Source: an uncultured Rhodobacterales bacterium
GTDB taxonomy: Bacteria; Pseudomonadota; Alphaproteobacteria; Rhodobacterales; Rhodobacteraceae
Direction: 5' to 3'
Length of the DNA stretch: 64,000 nt
Assembly: GCA_964425135.1 (NCBI GenBank)
Contig: CAYRKW010000003.1
Span: 618 to 64,617 of the forward strand
Positions 18,210-26,408 of this stretch are shown here, piece by piece; the stretch's first letter is position 1, and each line of letters starts with the position of its first letter. The notes under the pieces were generated by a model. It had not been told where the DNA came from, did not search any database, and saw nothing but the letters and a program-made list of their open reading frames with translations. The position numbers were made by a program, and so were the translations under genes.

Positions 18210-19616
18210 ATGGAAGAACAACTCGCACAGCTGACGGCGCAAGTCGCAGCGTTGGAGGCTAAGGCAAACGTGACGAACACGATGTTTGCCGAGACCTACT
18301 ACTATTTAACGATTCCACTGATGGTTATCATCCACGCCGGGTTTTTGGCGTATGAAATGGGGGCGTCGCGCCAGAAAAACGTGCTTGCGTCAGGTGTGAA
18401 AAACATTCTCGCTTTTGCGTTCATGGTGCCGACCTTCTATTTCTTCGGCTGGTGGATTTACTGGGGTTTCCCAACAGGTCTGTCGTTTTCCGCTGGTGAA
18501 TGGGGCATTTCAGGCGCCGAATACGCAGCCTTTGCACTGCCGTGGTCCGAAAGCATGGGACCAAACCTCGCCGATCAGTCCACAGGTGTTTTCTGGGGCG
18601 CCTTCACGCTGTTTGCCGCCACCACCGCATCAATCATGTCAGGTGCTGTGATTGAGCGTATTCAGGTCGTCGGATTCGTCGTTCTCGCCATCGTTCTTGG
18701 CTCCTTCGCGTGGGTCGTGGCTGCTGCCTGGGGTTGGCATGCAGACGGCTGGCTGGTGACCCAATGGGGCGTTCACGACTTCGGCGCGGCCGGTCTTGTT
18801 CACGCCGTCGCAGGCTTCTTTGCGCTCGGTGTTTTGATCAACCTTGGACCGCGCATCGGCAAGTTTAATCCCGATGGCACGGCCAATGACATTTCCGGTC
18901 ACAACCTGCCGCTGACACTGGTTGGCCTGATGCTGATCATCGTCGGCTTCTGGGGCTTCCTGATGGCCTGTGTGATCGTGCCGAATGAAGGATGGAGCTG
19001 GTATATCACCGATGGCGCAGGCGCCGCCGGTTACGCCGCGACCATCTACGGCACGCCCATGACGCTGAGCGCGCTTGCCTTCAACATCCTCATGGGGTTT
19101 GCAGGCGGTATCATCGGCGCATGGTGGGTGACACGCGATCCGTTCTGGATGATGTCGGGTGGTCTTGCGGGCATCATTGCATGTGCCTCCGGCCTCGACG
19201 TCTACTGGCCACCGCTTGCCTTTATCATGGGCGCTGCAGGCGGGGCCTTGCTCAAGCCATGCGCAAGCTGGCTGGAGCGGCGCGGCATTGACGATGCGGT
19301 TGGCGCGGTCACAGTCCACGGCACCATCGGCCTCTTCGGTCTGATCATGTTCGGCGTCTGGGGATCGGGCCTGCCCGCGCTTCAGGATGCGGCTGGCGAT
19401 GGTCTGGCGCATGTCTCGATCATCGGCCAGCTCGTGGGCGCTGTCGTCTTCTTCCTTTTGGGGTTCGTCCCCGGTTATGTGGTCTCCTTGATCCTCAACA
19501 TGCTCGGACTGCTCCGTGTGAGTGAGGATGCAGAGATCGCCGGTCTCGATCTGACCAAAGTGCCGGTGCAAGCCTATCCCGAAGGTATCAACATCTCACC
19601 CAATCCAGCCGAATGA
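18210..19616 (+). CDS. amt: Ammonium/methylammonium transporter (Amt family), divergent, with a short N-terminal coiled segment
   Basis: Amt signatures HDFGAAGLVHAVAG and IDDAVGAVTVHGTIGLFG; about 11 TM. Confidence 0.85.
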   Translation: MEEQLAQLTAQVAALEAKANVTNTMFAETYYYLTIPLMVIIHAGFLAYEMGASRQKNVLASGVKNILAFAFMVPTFYFFGWWIYWGFPTGLSFSAGEWGISGAEYAAFALPWSESMGPNLADQSTGVFWGAFTLFAATTASIMSGAVIERIQVVGFVVLAIVLGSFAWVVAAAWGWHADGWLVTQWGVHDFGAAGLVHAVAGFFALGVLINLGPRIGKFNPDGTANDISGHNLPLTLVGLMLIIVGFWGFLMACVIVPNEGWSWYITDGAGAAGYAATIYGTPMTLSALAFNILMGFAGGIIGAWWVTRDPFWMMSGGLAGIIACASGLDVYWPPLAFIMGAAGGALLKPCASWLERRGIDDAVGAVTVHGTIGLFGLIMFGVWGSGLPALQDAAGDGLAHVSIIGQLVGAVVFFLLGFVPGYVVSLILNMLGLLRVSEDAEIAGLDLTKVPVQAYPEGINISPNPAE

Positions 19617-19652
19617 GCTGCGATAGGTTTATGAAAAACAAGGAGACCCAAC

Positions 19653-19823
19653 ATGGGATATGATCTGGAAAACTGGGACGGCATCGAAGGCCCGATCTAC
19701 ATCGGCGCAGGCAGCGCAGAAATGATCTGGCTTATCATCGCCATCGTGATCTGTGTGGTCGCCTGCATCTCCGGCAGCCGCCACGAGCTACACGCCTACC
19801 GCAAATTGCGCGACCGGAAATAA
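19653..19823 (+). CDS. 56-aa single-pass membrane micro-protein (below the ORF-track size cutoff)
   Basis: ATG preceded by AAGGAG at -13 to -8. Translation is MGYDLENWDGIEGPIYIGAGSAEMIWLIIAIVICVVACISGSRHELHAYRKLRDRK. Third-position G+C is about 76% by hand count, and a strong terminator follows. Confidence 0.6.
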   Translation: MGYDLENWDGIEGPIYIGAGSAEMIWLIIAIVICVVACISGSRHELHAYRKLRDRK

Positions 19824-19848
19824 GCGCAAGGCGTGAGATGAAACCAAG

Positions 19849-19877
19849 AAGGCCGCTCCTACGGGGGCGGCCTTTTT
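19849..19877 (+). terminator. Rho-independent terminator after the amt/micro-ORF pair
   Basis: GGCCGCTCC-TACG-GGGGCGGCC (9-bp stem) followed by TTTTT. Confidence 0.75.
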
Positions 19878-20023
19878 CTGTGACACCAATGAATGCCATC
19901 GGGCGAGCGTCAGCGAGACCAATCGAGGCGTTCGATCGGCCCAAACGCCTTCGGTCGGACCGCTCTCAATTCGCGCTCTAAACAAGGATTAAACAACCCG
20001 CCCGCTACATGCACCACGATCCA

Positions 20024-21925
20024 CTACCGCATCTGCTCGGGCAGCCACGTCGCAAGCCCCGGAAACGCCGTCAGTATCCCGACCATCACAACCATGATTG
20101 CAAACATCGGCAGTGCCGTTTTCGCGATATAGGTGATGTCGTGCCGTGTCATGCCCTGCAGCACGAAAAGGTTGAACCCAATCGGCGGCGTGATCTGTGC
20201 CATCTCCACCACCACAACAATGAAAATCCCGAACCAGATCAGATCAATCCCGGCGGCGCGTATCATCGGCTCAATAATCGCCATGGTCAGCACCACGGCG
20301 GAAATTCCGTCTAGGAACATGCCGATGATGATGTAAAACACCGTCAGCGCCGCAATCAGCGCAAAGGGCGACAGCTCTAGCGCCGCGATATATTCGGCCA
20401 AAGCGCGCGGCAGTCCGGTAAAGCCCATCGACAGCGACAAGAAGAACGCGCCCATCAGGATCAGCGCGATCATGCAGGAGGTGCGGGTTGCGCCCAAGAG
20501 GCTCTCCTTGAACGTGGTGATCGTCAGTGATCCCTGGATCAGCGCGAGCACCAGCGCACCAATTACGCCAAACGCCGCCGCCTCTGTTGCAGTGGCATAA
20601 CCTGCATACATCGACCCGATCACCAAGAGCACGAGCGCAATCACAGGGATCAGCAATGTCGAGTTTTTCAGCGCTTTGACGAACCCAATCCGCGGCTCCG
20701 GCTCTGGCCTCTGATCCGGGCGCAAATAGTACCACGCGACGATATAAAGCATGAAAAGCGAGGCCAGCACCAAACCGGGCACGACACCGGCTATAAAGAG
20801 CTTGGTGATACTCTCCTTCACCGTCACCCCGTAGACGATCAAGGTCAGCGACGGCGGGATCATCAGACCCAGCGTCGCCGCCCCCGCCAGCGTACCAATC
20901 GTCATGAACTCAGGATAGCCGCGCGCCCGCAACTCCGGGATCGACATCTTGCCCACCGTGGTCAGTGTCGCAGCCGATGAGCCGGAAACCGCTGCAAAGA
21001 CCGTACACCCGACAACATTCGTATGCAGCAGCCCGCCGGGAATGCGCGCAAGCCAGGGCGCCAGCCCCTTGAACATGTCCTCGGACAGCCGCGTGCGGAA
21101 CAGGATCTCGCCCATCCAGATGAACAGGGGCAGGGCGGTCAGCGTCCAGCTCGATGCGCCGGTCCAAACCGTGATGATCATCGAATTGCCCGGGTTGCGC
21201 GTCGTAAACCCGATCATCCCCATATAGGCCACACCCATCAGCGCGAGGCCAACCCAGATGCCGGACCCGAGCAGGAAAAAGAGGACAAAGAGGAAAATGC
21301 CGATCTTCAGCGCAACCGCATCGCGATCAAAGCCGGTCATCATCACCAGCGCTGAATAGACAACCAGCAGGAACGCCCCCGACAGCAGCATCCGTGCCTG
21401 CTTTGAGGCGAACAGATGCGCCGTCCAGGGCTGCGCATCCTCATCATCAACGCCCTGCCAAGACGTCATCAGAATGCGCACCAGATTATCCACCACCGCA
21501 ATCGCAAAGATCACCGATCCGATGGCCATAAACGTCTGCGGGATCCACAGGGGCGTTGCATCCTGCCCTTGCGATATATCGTTGATCTTGGCGCTCAGCC
21601 GCGTGGCTTTGACCGCGTAATACGCCAGAAAACACGCCACCAGCGAAGCGATGGTGTAGCACCATATCTCCATCCCGCGCCGCCACCGGCCTGATTTGGT
21701 GACAAAGAGCGAAACGCGAATATGGGCGTTGTGATTGAAGGTATAGGCGAGCGCGAGAAACGACGTCGTCGACATCGCATAGCCCGCATAGTTGGCCCCG
21801 CCTGTAAAGATCGCGCCCGACCAGCGGGTCACCATCTGCGCTGTGACAAGCACCAGAATGGCAAGCAGCGATATAGCGGCGGCATAGCCGGAAATTCGGT
21901 ATAGACCATCAAGCGCGGATCGCAT
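20024..21925 (-). CDS. TRAP transporter fused small/large permease (DctQ-DctM fusion)
   Basis: 633 aa: an N-terminal region of about 170 aa with 4 TM, plus a large polytopic domain of about 430 aa. It lies downstream of a DctP-type SBP gene. Confidence 0.9.
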   Translation of the reverse strand: MRSALDGLYRISGYAAAISLLAILVLVTAQMVTRWSGAIFTGGANYAGYAMSTTSFLALAYTFNHNAHIRVSLFVTKSGRWRRGMEIWCYTIASLVACFLAYYAVKATRLSAKINDISQGQDATPLWIPQTFMAIGSVIFAIAVVDNLVRILMTSWQGVDDEDAQPWTAHLFASKQARMLLSGAFLLVVYSALVMMTGFDRDAVALKIGIFLFVLFFLLGSGIWVGLALMGVAYMGMIGFTTRNPGNSMIITVWTGASSWTLTALPLFIWMGEILFRTRLSEDMFKGLAPWLARIPGGLLHTNVVGCTVFAAVSGSSAATLTTVGKMSIPELRARGYPEFMTIGTLAGAATLGLMIPPSLTLIVYGVTVKESITKLFIAGVVPGLVLASLFMLYIVAWYYLRPDQRPEPEPRIGFVKALKNSTLLIPVIALVLLVIGSMYAGYATATEAAAFGVIGALVLALIQGSLTITTFKESLLGATRTSCMIALILMGAFFLSLSMGFTGLPRALAEYIAALELSPFALIAALTVFYIIIGMFLDGISAVVLTMAIIEPMIRAAGIDLIWFGIFIVVVVEMAQITPPIGFNLFVLQGMTRHDITYIAKTALPMFAIMVVMVGILTAFPGLATWLPEQMR

Positions 21926-21993
21926 TGGCGCTGCTCCTTAGATATTGTGCAACGTCGGCATGCGTTACTTACTTACTTCCGGCGAGCGAAAAT

Positions 21994-22020
21994 CCCCTGC
22001 TCACGCACGGCGCGCAGGGG
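21994..22020 (-). terminator. Intercistronic hairpin downstream of the TRAP SBP gene
   Basis: Stem CCCCTGC/GCAGGGG with a 13-nt loop, followed on the minus strand by ATTTTCG. Confidence 0.4.
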
Positions 22021-22040
22021 GCGTTTGTGGGTGGGATTAC

Positions 22041-23012
22041 CTATTTGTAGGCGTCCACAATGGCCGCACCGTCAGCGCCGGCGTTCTCCAGCCACTCGCC
22101 GGTCATTGTCGCGCCGATCTCTGCCAGATCAGCGGCCAAAGCGTCACCGGGTGCTGCGACATTCATGCCATTATCCGCAAGCGTCTTGAGGAACCCTTCG
22201 GCAAGCTCAGCAGCGGTTGCAGTTCCGACGGCTTCGGCCTTGGCAGCCTCTTCCATCAGGCAGTTTTGCGACGCTTCTGGCAGCGCGTTATAGGCTTCTG
22301 TGTTCACGAAGATCGAATTGCGCGGCAGCCATGCCTTGGCATCGTAGAAGTGGGACAGGTCTTCCCAAACCTTTTCATCCACACCGGTCGAGCCGGACGA
22401 GATGAACGCCGAGACCACGCCTGTCGCCAGCGCTTGCTTCAGCTCTGCCGCTTCGATCTGCGCCGGGATCATGCCCGCAAGTTCTGCAACCCGCGCAGTC
22501 GCCGCGTTATAGGCGCGGAATTTCACGCCCTCCACATCCGATGTACTCGCAACTTCCTGCGCGAAATAGAGCCCTTGTGGCGGCCAGGGCACCGAGTAAA
22601 GCAGCGTCAGACCCTGATCGTTGAGAATTTTGTTCAGCGTCGGCTTGGCTGCATCCCGCAGCTTGTCGGACGCCTCAAACGATGTGGCAAGGAACGGCAC
22701 GGAATCGTAGCCGAAAACCGCGTTTTCATTGGCATGGGCCGACAAAAGCCGCTCACCGATCTGCGCTTCGCCAACCTGAACCGCACGCTTGATCTCACCG
22801 CCCTTGAAGAGCGAGCCACCAGCGTGAATGGTGATTTTCAGCTCGCCGCCGGTGCAGGCATCCACAGCTTCCACGAATTTTTGAGCATTTTCCGTGTGAT
22901 AGTTATTTGCCGGATAGGCCATCGGCATATCCCAGTTTTCCGCAGCAAAGCCTGCACCGGCAAGCGCTGTGGACAGCGCGGTCGCGCCAAGAAGTGATTT
23001 TGCGAGTTTCAT
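22041..23012 (-). CDS. TRAP transporter substrate-binding protein (DctP family)
   Basis: 323 aa with signal peptide MKLAKSLLGATALSTALAGAGFAA, operonic with the fused DctQM permease. Confidence 0.9.
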   Translation of the reverse strand: MKLAKSLLGATALSTALAGAGFAAENWDMPMAYPANNYHTENAQKFVEAVDACTGGELKITIHAGGSLFKGGEIKRAVQVGEAQIGERLLSAHANENAVFGYDSVPFLATSFEASDKLRDAAKPTLNKILNDQGLTLLYSVPWPPQGLYFAQEVASTSDVEGVKFRAYNAATARVAELAGMIPAQIEAAELKQALATGVVSAFISSGSTGVDEKVWEDLSHFYDAKAWLPRNSIFVNTEAYNALPEASQNCLMEEAAKAEAVGTATAAELAEGFLKTLADNGMNVAAPGDALAADLAEIGATMTGEWLENAGADGAAIVDAYK

Positions 23013-23088
23013 TTGAGTTCTCCCTTGAACAGTGCCGCAGTTAAGCGCGATTCGCAGCAGGGGTGCAAGGAAGTGACCCTAGGGCAAC

Positions 23089-24033
23089 TCAGCCCGGTAC
23101 CGGCGAGCCCGCATACGTATTGCGCGCCGCACTTTCGCGGATCAACCAACCGGTCACAATATCCCGCTTCGCATTCCGCCCGCTCTTGGTGCGCTCCAGC
23201 AGATAATACCCAAACGGCGTGCGCGTGTGCAGATCGCCCAACGGGCGCACAAGCTGACCGCTCTCCAGCAGATGATCCACCAGATGCCCCCATCCCAATG
23301 CCACGCCCACACCCTCAACCGCCGCCTGAATAGCGTATGGATAGGTGTTGAATATCGACCGTTTCGACAACTCCGGCACATGCGCAAGATGATCGCGCAG
23401 CCATGTGTTCCAATTCATCCACTCCGAATGATTGCTCGAAACCTCGATCAAGGGCACATCGAGCAGCGACACCGGTTCGCGCAGCGACGGATTACGCTCC
23501 AGAAACTCCGGCGCGCAAACCGGGAAAATGATCTCTCCAAAGAGCTTTGTCGCATCGTGCTCTGGCCATTTGCCATTGCCCCGCAGGATCGACAGATCGA
23601 CACTGTCCGCCAAACACTCCGCATCATCATCCGAGGCAACCAGCATAATGTTCAGCTGATTGTTGGCCTGCGAAAACTGCCGCATCTTCGGGATCAACCA
23701 AAGGCTCGCCACCGAATTGGTCGCCGCCAGCGTGATCTCCGACACCGCTGTTTTGCCCGCCACACTTTCCGAGACATCACGCAACGTCTGCATCGCGGGT
23801 GCAATCCGCTCCAGAAGCGATGTGCCTTGCTGTGTCAGCGTGACCGACTTGTGACCGCGCTCAAACAGTGCAATGCCATAGTGCGTCTCCAAGAGCCGCA
23901 CCTTCCGGCTGATCGCGCTTTCACTCACCCCAAGCTCTTTGGAAGCGGAGGCAAAACTCTGCCAGCGCGCTGCAACTTCGAATGTGTGCAGATAGCTCAA
24001 CGGTGGCAGTGGATCTGTTTTGCGTCGCATCAT
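23089..24033 (-). CDS. LysR family transcriptional regulator
   Basis: N-terminal HTH (LSYLHTFEVAARWQSFASASKELGVSESAISRKVRLLE) plus a LysR substrate-binding domain. Start placed at Met11 of the listed ORF. Confidence 0.85.
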   Translation of the reverse strand: MMRRKTDPLPPLSYLHTFEVAARWQSFASASKELGVSESAISRKVRLLETHYGIALFERGHKSVTLTQQGTSLLERIAPAMQTLRDVSESVAGKTAVSEITLAATNSVASLWLIPKMRQFSQANNQLNIMLVASDDDAECLADSVDLSILRGNGKWPEHDATKLFGEIIFPVCAPEFLERNPSLREPVSLLDVPLIEVSSNHSEWMNWNTWLRDHLAHVPELSKRSIFNTYPYAIQAAVEGVGVALGWGHLVDHLLESGQLVRPLGDLHTRTPFGYYLLERTKSGRNAKRDIVTGWLIRESAARNTYAGSPVPG

Positions 24034-24071
24034 CACCTTCGCGCCGGTCCGACGTCCCGACACCCCAAAGA

Positions 24072-24087
24072 CTGTAGTAAACTATAG
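24072..24087. promoter_or_regulatory. Imperfect inverted repeat CTGTAGT-AA-ACTATAG; candidate regulator operator in the LysR/tmoX divergent region
   Basis: Read directly. 6 of 7 arm positions match. It lies about 40 nt upstream of the LysR start. Confidence 0.3.
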
Positions 24088-24287
24088 CAACGCCGCCTCC
24101 ATTTGCCACTAAAAAGTGAGGGCAAAGACCCTCAAGAATATGTGGTGACAAAGATCACGAGCGTGGCATGATGTGGCGGTCCGGGCAGTGCTTACCCACC
24201 GTCTGAGCCAAGAAAATCAGTGAAGCGAGAGCTGTCAATTCATCCCATCGATGAAATGCGCAGGTCCGATACCACAGGGAGAAAACT

Positions 24288-25232
24288 ATGAAATTGTTTG
24301 ATAAAAAAGCGATTGCAGCCACAGTTGCCTTGTCCATGGCAACAGCCTCCGGCGCGGCTTTCGCTCAAGATTCGGCCAAGCCCATTGTTATTCCGACACA
24401 CAACTGGTCCAGCCAGGTCGTGATGGCCTATGTCATCGGCGGCATTTTTGAGAGCATGGGCAACAACGTCGAATATGTCCCCGCCGACACCCAAGGCGTC
24501 TACGAGGCGATCCGCAACGACGACGTGACCATCTCCCATGAAGTTTGGCAGTCCACGTTCGGCGCGTCCTTCTACAACGCCATGGAAAAAGGCGGCGTGA
24601 TCGATGCTGGTAACCACGCCGCGACGACCTTGGAAGAAATGGGCGTTCCGGGCTATGTGATCGAGCAGAATCTCTGCCCCGGTCTGCCAAATTGGGAAGC
24701 GCTCAAAGACTGCCCGGAGGTTTTCGCCACGGCCGATTCTGACGGCAAGGGCCGCTGGCTCGAAGGACCGCAAAGCTGGCACGGCGATCTGATGCCCGAC
24801 CGCATCAAGGCGCTGGGTCTTGAAGATCTCTACACCGTGAAATTCGCCGGTGGCGCTGACGCGCTTTGGGCCGAACTTGATTCTGCCAAGAAAGAAGGCC
24901 GCGGGATCATCACCTTCAACTGGACGCCAAACTTCACAGACGCGGACGGCTTCGTCTTCATCGAATTCCCCGAATATTACGATGGCTGCCGGATCGAGGA
25001 CGGTGGTGACGGAAAATGTGGTTCGCCCAAAGGCTGGCTGAAAAAAGCGGCGAATTACAAATTCCCCAAAACACACCCGCTTGCCTATAAAGCCTACACT
25101 AAAATCTCGTTCACCACGACGCAGATCGGTCAAATGGCCGCCCTCGTTGACATCGACAAGATGAGCCATCAGGACGCTGCGACCAAATGGCTGGCCGATA
25201 ACGAAGACGTTTGGAAGCCTTTCACTCAGTAA
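24288..25232 (+). CDS. tmoX: Glycine-betaine-type periplasmic substrate-binding protein, probable TMAO-binding TmoX
   Basis: 314 aa with signal peptide and an OpuAC-like fold. It is the first gene of an SBP-ATPase-fused permease-tdm operon, matching the tmoXWV-tdm arrangement reported in Roseobacters. Confidence 0.75.
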   Translation: MKLFDKKAIAATVALSMATASGAAFAQDSAKPIVIPTHNWSSQVVMAYVIGGIFESMGNNVEYVPADTQGVYEAIRNDDVTISHEVWQSTFGASFYNAMEKGGVIDAGNHAATTLEEMGVPGYVIEQNLCPGLPNWEALKDCPEVFATADSDGKGRWLEGPQSWHGDLMPDRIKALGLEDLYTVKFAGGADALWAELDSAKKEGRGIITFNWTPNFTDADGFVFIEFPEYYDGCRIEDGGDGKCGSPKGWLKKAANYKFPKTHPLAYKAYTKISFTTTQIGQMAALVDIDKMSHQDAATKWLADNEDVWKPFTQ

Positions 25233-25249
25233 CATCGAGCAAGCAATAG

Positions 25250-25284
25250 CGCTGCGCCCGTGCGAACATCTCGCGGGCGCAGCG
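25250..25284 (+). terminator. Strong intercistronic hairpin between tmoX and tmoW
   Basis: 11-bp perfect stem CGCTGCGCCCG/CGGGCGCAGCG with a 13-nt loop and no clear U-tract. A partial attenuator or stabiliser is more likely than a full terminator. Confidence 0.5.
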
Positions 25285-25356
25285 TGTCAAATGCAAGCGC
25301 GCCGCGCTTGAGGTATGGATTGCGTAGTGAAATTAATGCCTTCAGGACACCCCACA

Positions 25357-26406
25357 ATGGGATCAGCACAAACACCAACCGCCAGCGCTCCGGTCATCAA
25401 ATGTGACAGCGTTTACAAGATTTTCGGGGACGGTGCGGCGCGGCTGTTACGTGACGCCAATGGCGTCGTGGATGCCCAGAAATTTCAGGACGCGGGCTGC
25501 GTCGTTGGCGTGAACAACGCCTCCTTTGAGGTCCATAAGGGCGAGATGCTGATTGTCATGGGGCTCTCTGGCTCCGGCAAATCGACGCTTCTGCGCTGTA
25601 TCTCCCGCCTCACCGAAGCCACCGCTGGCGATGTTTATATCGACGGCGAAAATATCGTGAAGATGAACGCCAAGCAGCTGATCCAACTGCGCCGCAACAA
25701 GATGGGCATGGTGTTCCAGAGCTTTGCGCTTTTGCCGCAAAAGACCGTTCTGGAAAACATCGCCTTCCCCCTTCAAATCAAGGGAACGCCGACCAAGGAC
25801 GCCATGCTGCGCGCCAAGGAAATGGTCGATCTTGTCAGCCTTTCGGGCCGCGAGAATTATTATCCACGCCAGCTTTCGGGCGGTCAGCAGCAGCGCGTCG
25901 GCATTGCCCGCTCGCTCGCGGTCGAGCCGGACATCTGGTTCCTCGATGAGCCATTCTCCGCCCTCGATCCGCTGATCCGCAAGGAAATGCAGGACGAATT
26001 CTTGCGCCTCCAGGGCGTGCTCAACAAGACCATCCTGTTTGTCACGCATGATTTTTCCGAAGCGCTCCGCCTTGCCGACCGGATAGCGATCATGAAAGAC
26101 GGGATCATTGAGCAGTTGGATACGCCCGCCAATATCGTGCTCAACCCGGCCACAGACTACGTTCATAAATTCACCGAAGAAGTGCCGCGCGAGAAGGTGC
26201 TGAAAGTCAAATCGGTGATGGATGCGGTAGATCCACAAGGCGATTATGCTGATTTCACCGTGCCGGGCGATGCGATTATCGAGACAGTGATGGAAGGGGT
26301 GCTCTCCCAACAAAAGCCGGTGCGCGTTGCAGATGAAAACGGTGGCGTGATCGGCTCGATCCACGCATCGAGCATGATCCATATGCTGTTTGGCAAAGAC
26401 CGATAG
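25357..26406 (+). CDS. tmoW: Betaine/TMAO-type ABC transporter ATP-binding protein with C-terminal CBS-like region
   Basis: Walker A GLSGSGKST, signature LSGGQQQRV, Walker B IWFLDEPFS. ProV-like. The start could instead be 25315. Confidence 0.8.
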   Translation: MGSAQTPTASAPVIKCDSVYKIFGDGAARLLRDANGVVDAQKFQDAGCVVGVNNASFEVHKGEMLIVMGLSGSGKSTLLRCISRLTEATAGDVYIDGENIVKMNAKQLIQLRRNKMGMVFQSFALLPQKTVLENIAFPLQIKGTPTKDAMLRAKEMVDLVSLSGRENYYPRQLSGGQQQRVGIARSLAVEPDIWFLDEPFSALDPLIRKEMQDEFLRLQGVLNKTILFVTHDFSEALRLADRIAIMKDGIIEQLDTPANIVLNPATDYVHKFTEEVPREKVLKVKSVMDAVDPQGDYADFTVPGDAIIETVMEGVLSQQKPVRVADENGGVIGSIHASSMIHMLFGKDR

Positions 26407-26408
26407 GC

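Noticed and set aside
21945-22997. 350-aa plus-strand ORF
   Set aside because: It is antisense to the TRAP DctP gene, which has a signal peptide and family-typical sequence. It is a shadow ORF.
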